A stretch of DNA of 64,000 bases from the human T2T-CHM13v2.0 reference genome, Homo sapiens: assembly GCF_009914755.1 (NCBI RefSeq), contig NC_060947.1; one strand, given 5' to 3'. Below are positions 47,451-63,118 of this stretch, one piece after another. The position numbers and the translations under genes are program-made. Each line of letters starts with the position of its first letter. The first letter of the stretch is position 1. The notes under the pieces are model-generated. The model was given only the letters and a program-made list of their open reading frames with translations, did no database searches and was not told where the DNA came from.

Positions 47451-48482
47451 TGAGGAAACTGGAGCCCAGAATGATTATGTGACCTGCCCAAGGCCACCCA
47501 GCACACTGGGGAAGGAGCAGGGATGGAAGCCTAGACTCTGGTACCAGGATCAGAGCTCTTAACCACCGAATACTACTGCTCACCCAGTGACACCTGTGGC
47601 CTTTGGGTGACCTCCACCCCTCTTGTCTAGGTCTCATTAGGTTGGGCTGGCACCCTGTGTGCCCTTCAGTTTCCACCCAGGCTGGTGTCTGGGCTCTTTT
47701 GGGGGTTCCTGCTCCCACCTCTATATCCCTCCCAGGAAGTGGACTAGACTGTGTGGTCCCCACCAACTGTCCCCTCACTGCCTGTTACCCCCTCACTCTC
47801 TACCCTGTCAGAGGAGCAAGACGCAGCCAACTCCTTGTGACCTCAGCCTGGCCTAGGGGGTGGCTGGCAGCTATTAGAGTGGGCCTTGACTTTGAGAGAC
47901 CCCTGAATGACATTTCACCAGCTCTCTGTGGCTGTGCCCCCAGTCCTTTGGCCTTCAGGCGAATCCTGCCACCTGTGAATTCCTCTTCTGTCAGTTTTGT
48001 CTCGGGGAGGGTCGAGGCATAATCCCAAGGTGCTGCGGGGTCCCCGTGAGAATGAAATGCTGGCCCTGGCAGCCTCTAAGCCTCATGCCCACAGCAGCAG
48101 CAGCATCCCCTCCATGTGTCTTCCCCACGCAGGAGAGGCACCAACCGCGGGGATGCCCTTGGGGGAAGCCAAGGAACAGACCTGCAGAAATAGTTCAGCA
48201 GAGGCCCCAGGACAAAGGTGTCCGCTCTGTAGTTCTTCTGGATTTGGGGGGGGAAAGTGATAATGATCACTGCAAACTCCATGCCTGTTTTTTCTTCCGG
48301 TCAACCTCTTATTTATTTATTTACTTATTTTTGAGTCAGTGCCTCACTCTGTCACCCAAGCTGGAATGCAGTGGCGCAAATCACGGCTCATTGCGGCCTC
48401 AACCTCCCAGGCTCAAGCTATCCTCCCACCTCAGAGTCTCAAGTAGCTGGCACTACAGGTGTGTACCACCACACCTGGCTAA

Positions 48483-48635
<153 letters not shown>

Positions 48636-48659
48636 TAAGGCTTAGTAAATAATTGAAAT

Positions 48660-49220
48660 TTTAATACTCCAAGTGTGCGTGAAGAATCCCAATATGTATT
48701 CGCAAATTGTTGAGCAGACCTGTCCTCATGTCTGTCAGCTCAAGGTTGTTAACTGTGTCACTGAGATCTTCTATGTCCTTGATGATATTTTGGTCAGCTT
48801 GACCTACCAGTAGTAAAAAAAGATGTCTCGGAGCCTCCCACCAAGATGATGAAGTCATCTTGTCCTTGTACTTTTGTTAATGTTTCCTGCATTTATTTTG
48901 AAGTTGTTTATTGGATAAAGAAATGTTTAAAATGGAAATGTCTTCTTGGCAAATTTCATCTTTTATCATCATGTTATCCCGTTTCTCGTCCTTAATACCA
49001 CTTTTGGTCCTGAAGTCTATTTTACCCAACAGTGACACAGGGGGACCAGCCCTCTTTCTGATAGCATTTGCCTGGCATGTCTTTTTTTGTCCTTTTCTTT
49101 GCAACCTTCTGTATCCATATGCCTACAAAGAGCATATATCTTTCTACATGAACCATGTAAACCCAATCTGTCAACATTTGTCATTTAACAGGGGTCTGGT
49201 CTCTTGACATTATTGTCACC
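48660..49220 (-). mobile_element. Old L1 ORF2 fragment
   Basis: ORFs 48661..48858 and 48877..49104 give L1 endonuclease-like text (KDIEDLSDTVNNLELTD; KIDFRTKSGIKDEK). Confidence 0.75.
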
Positions 49221-49435
49221 ATCGATCTAGGTAGCTGGTTTTGAACATGTTCATGTGTATGGTGGCTTCTCCTACCTGGTCCTTCCTGTTGCAGAGCATA
49301 CGATATACACTGCTTTGCATTACAGACTTATTTTAGTTTGTCACGTTTTGTCTGGGTGACAAACAGATACACAGGCACTCCGTCCTGGCTTCAGGATGGA
49401 AATTCTGTGTTTCTATGTTTCTTGTCTTTTTTTGA

Positions 49436-49543
<108 letters not shown>

Positions 49544-49872
49544 TAGCTGGGATTACAGGCGCCCTCCACTACACCCGGCTAATTTTTGTACTTTTAGTAG
49601 AGACGGGGTTTCACCATGTTAGCCAGGCTGGTCTCAAACTCCTGACCTCAGGTGATCCATCCGCCTCGGCCTCCCAAAGTGCTGGGATTACAGGCGTGAG
49701 ACACCACGCCCAGCCTCTCATCTTGTTTTTGAATTGATCTCTTTCTCACCCCTTATATTCGAAAAGAACATTTGCATATTTCACATCCCAGAGTGTCTAC
49801 TCCCTCACCTCAAATTCTATCATGCTGATTTTATCTAGACTTTTCATTCTGGGTAATTATTAATATATTTGC

Positions 49873-50615
<743 letters not shown>

Positions 50616-50999
50616 TATTTGCTCTTTTGCTTTGGTTTTGATTACTCTTTGAAGACAATCAAAAATCTTACCAAGGGCTGGACTCAGTGGCTTAAGCCTA
50701 TAATTGTAGCACTTTGGGAGGCCGAGGTGGGAGGATTGCGTGAGCCCCATCCCTCAGAGTGCAACCTCCGGCTTCTTTGTGGGGATATTTTTGTTGGACC
50801 TTAGACCTGCCCGTGCTGCCAGGTCCCCTAGCCTGCCTTCTCCCAGCCCAGGACTGATGCAAGGGGCCCTGGACAAGGCATAAGAAACTTCAGGAAGCAT
50901 AGAAAGAGGCCATGACCATGACCCAGGAGGCTAAGTGCTCCTGGCAGACTCAAGGTTGCCCAGCAGCCATCTCCCTTCTTCCCCACTAACAGGACCCCG

Positions 51000-51592
51000 A
51001 GTTTGTTGCAGATATTTGACAAGTGAGGTCTCCAAAGGTGCCCCACCAACCTTGCAAGGCCCACGATGGTTCCAGACTTAGAAATCCATCCTGTTAATCC
51101 TTATTGCGCTTGCCAGTGATTAGTGTTAAACAGGCATATGACTCAGTCCTGGGCATTTCGAATTAAGGAAAAGTCTGCCAGAGGGCTTCTAGGAGAGACT
51201 TCCCTACCTGGAATGGGTTGATAGGGGGAGAGAGGGGTGGAGAGGGAGCGAGGGAGTGAGAAAAAGACTGGAGCAAGAGAGAGAGAAGCCAAAAGCTAAA
51301 GAAGAAAGCCCTGACTCTCCCTCCTTGGTTGGGATGTTGTCCTTTAAGGATGTGATGCTTGGAGCTGTGGCAGCCATCTTGTAACCATGAGAAAAGAAAG
51401 CGCCACTCTGAAGTTGATGGAGAAGAAAGACAGGAAGAGCATGGGTCCTTCGTGGCATTGTTGAGCCACTGAACCAACTCTGCAACCTCCCAGCTGCAGT
51501 CGTTGTCTTACATAGGGTGAGAAATGTCTTTATTGTTTGAGCCACTGACAGGCTGGGTAGCTGTGATGGACAGCTGAAAGTATCCTGAGAGA
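51000..51592 (+). mobile_element. MLT1-type MaLR LTR remnant (another at about 57780-58030)
   Basis: tggagctgtggcagccatcttgtaaccatgag...gttgagccactgaacc. Confidence 0.65.
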
Positions 51593-51636
51593 TTACTGAG
51601 GAATTTGTCCTCTTGTGTGATCCTGCCTGCTATTTT

Positions 51637-51951
51637 AATTTAATTTTTTTGAGATGGAGTCTCGCTCTGTCGCCCAGGCTGGAGTGCAGTAGCATGATCA
51701 TGGCTCACTGCAGCCTCTGCCTCTGGGCTCAAGTGATCCTCCCAGCTCAGCCTCCTGAGTAACTGGGATTGCAGGTGTCTGCCATCATGCCCAGGTGGGG
51801 TTTTTTTTTTTTTTTTTTTCATTTTTTGTAGAGATAGGGTCTCCTTATGTTGCCAAGGCTAGTCTGGAACTCCGGGGCTTAAGCGATCCTCCCACCTCAT
51901 CTTGGCCTCCCAAAGTGCTGGGATTACAGTCACGAGCCACTGCACCCAGCC
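51637..51951 (-). mobile_element. AluJ-like element
   Basis: Diverged antisense Alu. Confidence 0.85.
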
Positions 51952-53084
51952 ATTCCTGCCTTTTAGAGTCCTGGGAGGAGACAGGTTATCAGAACGCAGA
52001 TCCCAGGCAGTGCGGCCTGCACATAGGCAGAGAAGATGACAGTTGGGAGTTAAGGACCCTTTCCCCATCACACTGGCCAGCTCAGGGGCTGAGAATTCCA
52101 CAAGTCAGAGCTTTCACCGAAACTTGCATGTGACTTGTGAAATGCAAACATTCCAGGGAGAACTGGGAGTGACCCGCACCCTGTGGCTTCTTTCCTGGAA
52201 CACTTCAGCACCTGAGTGTCTCCCAGGTAGCGGGAGGCTGGCTGTCGAGAGGACAGCATGGGAGAAAAGGGATTCGGAGGCTTTCTCAGAGGAATTCATT
52301 GAATATTTGCTCTGTTCCAGCAGCTTTATCCCCACTATCTTTTTTTTATTACACAAACATTTATTTAGCACTTACTATGTGCCAAGTAGTATCCAAGCAC
52401 TTTAAAAATATGTCACACTCAATCTTGTGACAGCCATGCGAGGTACAAGTGCTCTCACTAAGCCCAAGTACAGAGGTGGTGGCCCTGGATGTGGCCCAGA
52501 CAGACCAGTGCCAGCCCCAGTGCCACGCTCTGAACCACCCAGCGTGCCAGGCAGCTCTTGCAGTCTCAGGCTGCTGTGTAGCAGTGACACCTCCAGCGAA
52601 GTGGCACCACTTATTGCCAGCTCCCTGGACCCAAGCCCTCCCTGGTTGCCTGCCCTGGTGGGTCCCGAGTGGGTCAGACAAAAGGCAAGCCCTGCTCCTC
52701 AGCCTCCCCTAGGGGCATCCCCCATCCCCGGCTCTCTCCCTTCTTCTAAGGGCAGACAGGCTTCTCCCAAGTGAGGGCAGGAGGCTCCGCACCCCTTTGC
52801 AACCCCAGGCCCTTGGGCGGCAAGTGTCAAGAGGAAGAAGGAATCCAGAGATAGGTGAAGGATGAAGACAGGGCCTTTATGCTCTTCGCTTCTCTCCTCA
52901 AAGTGCCACCTCCTGCCTCTGTCTGCTCTGCTCTGTCCTTGGTCCGTATAGCAGAGCCCTGCTCGGGGCGGCGCTGATTTCAACACCCTTGACGTTGAAC
53001 TGGGCTCCTCCCAGGTGTGCCAGGCTGGAGTCCTCACAGAACTCTCTCTTGCTCTGTTTAAAATGGATGTATCCCCCTAGCTTA

Positions 53085-53560
53085 TTCTTAACAGTCCTCC
53101 AGAATCTTCCACCATGAGCATCGTCATCCCCATTTGACCAATGAGGAAATGAGGCTCAGAGAGTGACTTGCTATCCATGGCCACGCAGCTCAAATGTCAC
53201 CTGTCTGATCCAATGCTTACCTTCAGACACACCCTGGGCCCTCCGGGATGATCTGGAGCCTGCAGACCTAGGCCAGCGCCACCGTGGGGTGGGGGAGTGG
53301 CAGCAGCCTCTGTCTGCTGAGACTGTGCCAGTGCCAGGGGTGTACAAACGTGATCATGACCTCATTACATACACGGTATTGTTACTGTTATGTCCATTAG
53401 CTTGTTAATCTCTAGAACCACCACATGAAGATGGTTTATATAATCACCATCCCATTTCACAGAGGAAGAAACTGAGGTACCAAGAGATTGTGTCTAATCA
53501 AAGGGTGTCCAGCTCTAAGCAGCAGCATGGGGGTCAAAATTCTGGCCCATCTGACCCCTG
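53085..53560. mobile_element. MIR fragments (others at about 20590-20740, 41370-41570, 45120-45250, 54110-54210, 59490-59560)
   Basis: MIR core motifs such as cccatttcacagaggaagaaactgagg and ctcagtttcctcatctgtaaaat. Confidence 0.7.
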
Positions 53561-56500
53561 AGCTCCTGGTGGTGACAGGGGCCCGGGAGGTAGCCAAAGC
53601 AAGGTGTTGAGACCTTAAACCCAATGCTGCCTGTGTCACAATTTTGCCAAAGGCTACCATCTGGGAACAGTCCCTAGGGTGGCTGTGCCCACATCACAGC
53701 AGAGGCTACTTAAGGGCTTTGTGGGCTCCAAAGCATGAGCCACATTTCTCCTGACCTTGAAATGGACTCTTTGAGAGAGGCAGGGGGGGGACCTGGTGTC
53801 CTTGCTTCCTAGCTGGGACAGCCAGCGGACTCGGAGGAGCTAAGAGACTTGCCACTGTCCACGGTGCTGCATCCCCAGCCTTGCTGCACCACCCAGTTGC
53901 AAGCGTGACTTCTATCACCCTGGGCTGAATTTAGCTTCCTAACCCCTGTATGCTAAGCTGAGAATTCCCTTCCCCTTCAATATTTCTCTTCATATCTACT
54001 ATCCAAACCTTGAATAAACTGAACAAATGAGTCTCTCTTCTGAGGTAAATTTGTTAGAGACTAAAGCAAGGTTCTTTGCCTAGATCTAGGTAAACATGGA
54101 GGCCGGAAATGGGCTTCTTTCTGATCTGCCACTGACATGTGTGAATTTCTGAAATTCACAAGCCCTCTTGAGTCTCAGTTTCCTCATCTGTAAAATCCAG
54201 GTGCTAACAGCAGCCCTAACTAAGCAGGCATAGATGATGATCACGTGCTCTTCAGCACCTGTGGAATGTGTCCCTCAGCTGGAGCCACAGCTCAAGTCTT
54301 TACTCTCCTCTAGTTTCCAAGACGCCTGAGGTTTACAGGTAGAAGACCCCCAGAGGACAAAGTAGCTGATTCCAGGGATTCCTTGGAGCCAATCCTCTTG
54401 GCCTCAACTATCCCCTCCTATATTCCCTCTCCCCACCGGCTGGGGTACGTACTCCCTGGCCAGCCTCCTGGAATGTTCCACTGGTCCCCACCTCCCAGCA
54501 CAGTACCCCTCCCTCCCGCTAGTGGATGACTCACTACATTTCTTTCTTGCTTTTTTTCCGATTGTGCTTTTTTTAAGTTTAAAAAAGAAATGTGTCAAAG
54601 TCAGCATAGCACATCTATTTAAAGTGCAGAGGAAGCAGCCTCTGAACAACTTGCGGTGTGGAGCCTTTAGAACCTTTCCAGGCCTCAGCCCCAAAGTCTG
54701 TCACTGTTGCTTTCTAAAGCCCCAATATGAAGGGCAGTGGACGCTTAGGGACGTCAGGGGAGAGGTAAGGTGAGAGCAGGAGAAGGCAGGGCGGAGGAGG
54801 GTGCCCTGGGGATAGAGTCCCGGCCACTGTTTCCTTTGCCCACCCCATCCCCCGAGGAAGGTGGCGCCAGCAGATGCAGGTATATGGCTTTGTACGTGCA
54901 TGTCGGCTTGAACGTGGTGTAGGGACCACGTAGGGTTTCAGGCCTGAGACAGCGGAGGGAGCTGAGGAAGGGAACAGGCATCGCTTCTCTCTCCCTCTTC
55001 TGTCATTTCATCACCCCCATTTTCCAGTTACTAGATTATCTCCCCTAAATAGCAGCAAAGCAGGGGCTGCTCCCGAAGGCTGTCAGCTCCTCAAAATAGG
55101 TGGAAGGAAGTCACATGGCCTCGGCACTGGCTCCCTTCCTGGCTCCGCCTCTCACACATGTCCCTCCAGACCTGCGGTGAAATGAACTGCTTCTCCCCTC
55201 TGCCTCTGCCATGGCTCCACTGCCCCCTAACCTTTAAAGCAGATCTCTCTGGGCAGGGTTGGCAATACTTGTCATTCTTCCCAGTGACTTGGGACAAAAG
55301 CCAAAGTCTGGACTCCTTGGTGGCTCCACTCCCGCCCCCTGCAGACGTGTTGGGTGCAGTACTGCCTCCCACGTTCGCACTGGCGGTTCCTTGCTGCCCG
55401 GCACCGTCTCCTCCAGCTAAAGTGAGGCTCAGGCCCTCACTTCCTTCAGGTCGCTGATCACATCTTGCCCACTGAGATCTTCTCCAGTCATCCCAGAGGA
55501 CAGGCCCTCTGTGCTCCCAGGCCTCCCCACCCGTTCCTCTGCTTCGTTCTGCCCCCGATATGCTGCGAAAATCATCACTCCTTGTTCATTTTCCGGGGCG
55601 GGGAGGAGGAGGGGTCAGTCTCACTTCCTCCCTCGGCTGAGCTGCAGGAGACTCAGAGATGGCCTTGGCCTCACCCAGCTGTGCTGTCCCCACCCAGCCG
55701 GCTGCTTTGACATTTAAAGGACTAGTCCGATCCTGCTGGGTCGCATTCTTGAGCAACTCCGGCGCTGTGGCCCTGCACTTTCTGGAGGACTGAGTGTTTT
55801 ACTCAGCCTTCACCTATGAGGAGCCCGTGAGACCCAGGCGAGGGTTGGGAGGGTCAAATCCCCACCTCCTGCCCCAACCCATCTTGAGCCTCTACCCTCT
55901 TCCCCCAGCATAGCTGAGCAAGTGGGACTGGGGCTGGTGGAGGGGTAGTGCCTGCCATTCAGGGGCCGAAGACAGTGGCTTTGCTAAGGCCCCTCCACCC
56001 CCAGCCAAGCCCAGGAAGCCCCCTGCATCCCCTCCACCGAGTGCCGGCAGTTCCCAGGCTGCCTGGCCTGTGCCCACCTGTCCCCGCGTTTTCTGCCGCT
56101 CCACACCCCCTAGTCCCGGCTCTGGTCACTCTGCGGAGCCTCTGCTAACCCTGTGCTGACAGTGAGCTCCCCGACCCGGGCTCCATCTTGACCCCTCTTG
56201 CACCGCAGACTTATTTTTGACTCTTTGCCCTACTAGGCATGGAGCCCTTTGTGCCTCAGCCAGCCAAGCCCAGATCCAGCCACGTGGACGTGTGCTGACA
56301 GCACCGTCGATGCACAGTCTCCACCAAGCTGGGACAAAGGTACACATCCTGCGGGGGCAGGGCGGGGCGGCAGTCACCACCCTAGCACTAGGGAGCTCTC
56401 TGCTTTAGGCGATGGAAAGCCCAGAATCCTTTCTGGTGAGATTCAGGCGGCAGTGCAAGGAGCCACTAAGAACGGCTGCTTCATCTTCTGGCGTGAAGAG

Positions 56501-57355
56501 CTGCGTCAGCCGCGGTGGGTGCAATGCCCTCTCAAAACCTTCTCCCAGCCTGCTGGGCCACTTTCGCTCCAGATCTCTTGTGGCTAATGAGGGAAAGGGG
56601 AGCAGGGAGCTGTTGCCTGCACTTCCAGAAGGAGGGGAGGTTGGGGAGAGGCAGAGAGGGCCGCCTGGCCTAGATGGCTGTGCCTCTCTTGAGCCCAGGA
56701 GAGACTCCAGTACTTACAGGAACTCAAACGATCCCTGGTGACAGCTGGAGGAAATTATTCACACTGTCAAGAGAGAGGCTTATACCACGAACGGTTCCAA
56801 TTCATTATTTTTAAATCCCCCAGCTGGCTAAAGAGTTAGAAGAAAAGATGTGACAATCATTTGAGTCTTGTCCCAGATGGGCTGTCACTCAAGGGCTATG
56901 AAAATCGAATGGGACTGGGCTGGTGGTCACAAAAACTGCAGGGCGCACTGGCAATTCTGCAGGGCTTTGCAGGATGGTGGAAGGTGGTCTGGTGGGCCAT
57001 ACTGGGCAGCAGTGGTGATCCAGCCCCTATGGCTCAGTAGCATTTCTACCCAAAGACAGAACATGTAATTAATTGTCCTACCTCCATCCCAGAGGTGGGT
57101 ACCAGGATGGCTTCCATGCACCTGGGGTGAGGAGGGGTTGCCTGCACGCCCCTCTTCACTCCTGACACACAGCCTTCCTCAGGGGCAAATGTGCCTCTTG
57201 CGTCAGCTCTCCAGGGCAGACCCTGGCGAGGGCACAGGTCCTTCTTTTATGGGCAGAGGAAAGAAAAGCAAGCATTCCAGCTGGAGCGGACACTGAGTTT
57301 CAGATGTTTGGCATTTGAACCTCCTTCCTGTGTTCAGGGGATCCCCATGTTATGA

Positions 57356-57687
<332 letters not shown>

Positions 57688-60600
57688 TGGATGCTGTTTT
57701 TTCTAACCTCTCCCTCAGCCGAGGCAGTATGCTTGCCTGAGACCTTGAAGTGGCAGCTAGTGGCTGTTTAAAATCCCTTTTGGTGACAAGTAGAAGCCTC
57801 TACATTTAGTTTCCAAAAGAGCAGAGGCAGTGGTCCCAGTGACAGTGCCCAGCATTGGGGGTGTCTGTGGTGTAAGTCCTGGGGTATGAACCTGGGAGTA
57901 CTGGAGAATGACATGGGATCTTGGTCCTGGCTAGGGAGCCGCTTAGCCTGGTGACCATGTGACCTATCCAATATTGTTTAATAAACTTCCCACTTAACCC
58001 AGCCACAGTTGGTTTCTGTTGTTTGCAAATGAACTTCGAGACAATGGCAGCTGGTGGCACAGAGATTAGAGCCAGTTACTGGGATTTCTCTTTGGCAAGT
58101 CCATCCTGGGTTTGCATCTGGGAAGATCTTTCACAAAAGGAGATGTGGAAGGCACAACCATCCCCTCGTGCCCAATTCAGATGCAGCTTACCCTTTGCAG
58201 AGCCTGGCACCTTGGCTATGCCAGCTGCAGGGGAAAGGGGTGGCGGCCACCTGCAAGGGTTGGGCCAATGCTGCACAGGATTCGGGCTCAAGACACCAAC
58301 ACCCTGCTAGGCCAGCGCAGGGAACACTCACCACGGGAGCCTAGGGGCTTCCTCAGGGGCCTTCAAGCACAAAAAGAGATACTTTTCACCCTCCCACCCC
58401 CCAACCAGGCTGTATGCCTGCCTGGCCCTCAGTGGGCATGGCAGAAATGCTAGGATTCGTGTTGGATTCATGCATTTTTCAGAATAGTTTAAGGACTGCA
58501 CGAAGACAGAGGGACGAATCACATGACTTCAGAGTTCATTGGTTCCAACTATTCCAGCTCTCCTGAGAAGGCATGTTTTGCCAAAAGTGCACATATGTTC
58601 CTCTAAAGAAAACCATGGTAGTTTTTTGATGGAATTTTTTCCTCTCCCAGGCATCGTCAGACGTGCCCAGCACTCGACTGCAGAGCAGCCTCTCTCACAG
58701 TTTCCACTCTCATTTCTCAAAGAACTCTCTTGGTACCTCAAGGCCGTGGCTTTCCTAAGTGGCTTTTTGAGGGAGACAGCAGGGACTGGGCTTTAAGGGG
58801 GCCACAGCGCAGCTTTCTTTTCCCCTCACAGGCAGAGCTATCAGTAGCCACGTCGGGTAGAACAGAAGGCATTCTGGGAACGCGGTGCTCTCACATCCTG
58901 CAAAGTACAGGCCTGCAGAGCAGATGGCAGGGACTTCAAAAGCTAAGTCACCTTGAAAGATAATGGCACAAAGGGCGATTGGGGGTGGGGTGGGTGGGAG
59001 GCTTTTGTACCCTTTTGCAACAAGGAAGCAGAAAAGACAAAAGCTATTTGCCAGCCTGGTGCGGGAATCAACAGAATAGAGAGATGGTTCTGCTGCAATT
59101 TCCATCAAGGGTGGCCAAGCCTCCAGTCTTCTTGTCCAGAAGTAAGTGGCATCAACCAACTCTGCCAAACTGCATTTCCTGCCTCCTGATCTGGGGTCTT
59201 TTCCTTTTCTTTTTTCACACAGGGAGTATTTCCATCCTCTCTGTCCAGGCAGCTGAGCCTTGACAACCTCTCCTCCCCTTCACCATGCCCCGACTGATCT
59301 CCTAATGGAGCCCCACCCCTCGAGTCCCTGGGCCTGTGGAAGGTAGGGTCTCCCCCTCCTCCTCATCCTCCCCCACTCCACTCCAGGTGGGGTTGCAATA
59401 GGGCTTATCTGGTTTCCTCTAAGCATGAAGCCCTTGACCAGAGGAGGAGCGGGAGTTCACGTCACGCCCCCATGCTTAGTCCTGGCCTTTTGCATTTTTT
59501 GTGGATGGGTAAACTGAGGTACATAGTGGTCAACTCATGCCCAGGATCACAGAGGCACTGGCAGGGTGGCAGGAATGCTGAATTCACCTGATGAGAGCCA
59601 GGGACAGCAGCGGGTGGGGCGGTGGCTGCTTTTCAACTGAAGTTGTTAAAAGGAATGCTTATTCCTGGCCCCACCGGCTTGCCCTCCAAGGCAGAACGTG
59701 TTAATACCGAGCCCCAGCAAAGGTTCAAATTGACTTCTTGGCTCTGAGCAGGGAGGTAGAAGTTCCTGCCCCCGCCACCCCCGGCTCGAGGCTCCAGGGG
59801 CTGCCAGGCTCCTCTCGCCTGGCCTAGAAACAATCCCCTCCTGCCACCTCCACGCAGGTGCTGTCAGGACAGGCCCTCTGCCCTCAAACATCTGCTCCTC
59901 TCCTCGGGGAGGGGGGCCTCAGCTGCGCGCTGAAGGGGCCAGGCCTCAGAAGCCTGTTCTCCTTTGAAGCTGACAGCTTGATGCCTGTGGAAATGCGGTC
60001 CTATTTCAGGATTTCATTTTAAAGAGGTTTCAAAGGAGTGGCTGGAAGGCTTGGTGGAATCGCTTATTACGGCTCCTCTCCCGGCCCGCAGCTTGGTGGC
60101 TGAGCACGTCATCATCATTGGCAGGCAGGTGACTGTTCTAAATTAGCACCTGGCTCATTCTGGAGGGCTCTAACTCTTCCTGAGCTTTTTCCAAGAACAA
60201 CTTTCATGACTTATACCTTCTTATACCTTTCCCACGTTATCTGTTTGAAATGATCCACGGGGCAGGTGAATTACGTGTCATCTCCAAGACTCTTGTTTCT
60301 GTCGGGCATGTCTTAAAGACACACACACATGCAAAGGCTATGAAAATGCGACCCCCCAGACCTGGGAAGCTGCAGCCCGTGGAGCCTCAGGGGCAAAGGG
60401 AGCAAACTGGCTTGTGAGGGAAGAGCTGCTCTGGTCAGCGGCTGTTGTGGGATGGGGAGGGAACAGGGTGACCCAAGGGGGCAGGGGCCTGGTGCCATGT
60501 CTGCTCATGTGCCGCCCTCCTTGTCTCTGGGATCTGCCCCCAAAATGCAAGAAACGCGTAAGCCCACTGTAGCAGATATGGAGAGACTCCGGGGGATTTT

Positions 60601-61009
60601 CCTTTACCTAACTACTCTGCACCTCTGCAAGGGAGAGCATTATGGTTTGGAAGAAATGGAAACGGCATGGAAGTCCCATGTGGGCAGAGCCTGCACACCA
60701 AACCCTTCTAGACTGCAAAGGGTTTGACTCAGCCCAAAGAGGACTCTGCCAGGAAGCTGTCAGGCACCTGAGGCCACCTGCCTCTCCTCCGCTTCAGGAA
60801 TAACCATCAGTACTGCATCTTGGCTCTGAGGGGCACTGGGCATCACGATGCCCACTCGAAGCAGCTAGGGCACGTTGATCTCTGCATCTCCATACAGATG
60901 TCCGAGGAAATGATCCCATAGCCTCATCTCTGTTTCAGAGGCAGAGGCAGAGTCCACCATAATCTAGCCCATTGCTCTCAACCAGACAGAGCGCACCTCC
61001 TGGCCACTA

Positions 61010-62198
61010 GGTGAGCATTTGTCTTTCAAGGTTTATTATTTACAGAAACTGTTTTCCCATTGGTTTTGTTTCCTTCCCCCAAGGTAAGACAATGCCCGGA
61101 GAGAAACTCCATTGCTAGGGCATTGGCAAAAGATTTGCCAGACCCTGACACCTGACTCAACCTTGCTCTCCTCCAATCGGTGCCTCCAACTGCACCCACC
61201 CAAGAGAGTGAAGACCAAAGTGCTTCTACCAAGAGGGTACAGGTTCCTAGCCTGGCTCTATTTTTCAGAGGGAAGCATTGTTTCTGCGGGGACATGCCTG
61301 TTCACTTCCATGGCACTGCTGACTTGTGCTCACCCTATGACGCCTCGCCCAGAGCACAGGAGGACAGTATCCACTGCGGGGCGTTCACCCCACGCGAGCG
61401 GGGACAACAGGTCTAGCCCTAAACAACTGCTTGCCTGGCTATAAGAGGAGCCTTGTCTTTTTTTTTTTTTTTTTCTAGATTCCAGAAGATGCAGTATTTT
61501 TCCTAAGGCAGGAGAAAACCCTAGTTCATAGACAGCCAGGATAAAAACCCTGGAAGACCATGAGCCAAGGTGAACGAAGAGGAATTTTCTAAATCTTGGG
61601 GACAGAGAATTATGTTACATCAAGGCAGCCATGCCAATAAAATGGAAGGCTATGAAAGCAAGCAAGGCACAAGAAAACCCCCATTCCACAGAGAGACACA
61701 AGTGTTCTATTTGGTGAAGAGTTTGGTGCACAGACAGACTGCATCCTGTGAAGAGGTGGCCCTTGTCAAGGCTACTGCCGCCAGGAGGATCTTTGCATCT
61801 TTAGGATGTGTCACTAGCTCATCGAAACTATTTCTGTAACTCTCTGCAAGAGCCAATTTAAGCTGGCGTCTCAGTTCCCTCTGCACTCAAAAGAGACCAA
61901 TTTCCAATTCCTCCTCAGAGTCCGTGAGACCAGATGCTACAGCAAATGTTCCAGAGAAATGAACCTAGAAAATGATCCCGGGGTGCTCCTTGCGGGGGAA
62001 CACAGGACTCCTCAGCTCTATCTCTGTGGCTTTAACATACATCAGTTTCAGGGTGAGTGCTACCATTGCCCCCCGAGAGTGTTTCTGATGGGACATGCTT
62101 TCCTGATAGCACAGGGGATCTTGGGGGACAGAAGGTTCCCAGTAAGGCTAGGGGGCACGTGACAGATTGAGAGTGTGATCATGTTTCCAGGTGAGACC
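61010..62198 (-). other. PHKA2: PHKA2 3' UTR (~1.2 kb; exact cleavage site inferred)
   Basis: Follows the stop codon. The canonical minus-strand AATAAA I found downstream is at 61032-61037. Confidence 0.75.
61032..61037 (-). terminator. Polyadenylation signal AATAAA for PHKA2
   Basis: Plus-strand TTTATT, about 1.16 kb downstream of the stop codon. Confidence 0.75.
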
Positions 62199-62555
<357 letters not shown>

Positions 62556-62809
62556 CTACCTCTCTGGGCACTGCACTCTGTTATCACGCACCCTAGTTTG
62601 TAGCTCCTGACTATAATGAGGACTACTCTGTTGAACTTGACTTTGTGTACAGGGTAAGGGGTTCACCCATGGTCACATGTGTTGCAAGTGGTGGTGTTTG
62701 GACGAAAACCTGCATTGAGACAGGCCTATCCATCCCCAAAGGTCTTGAGATTTCCCAAGTGGCCACTGTACCATTTTCTAAGCAAGTGGTTGACATTTTT
62801 TCCCCATCA

Positions 62810-63118
<309 letters not shown>

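Noticed and set aside
61001-61017. CTCF-like motif TGGCCACTAGGTGAGCA
   Set aside because: Mismatch in the core GGC positions; better explained as a splice-donor-like sequence and unsupported without ChIP data.
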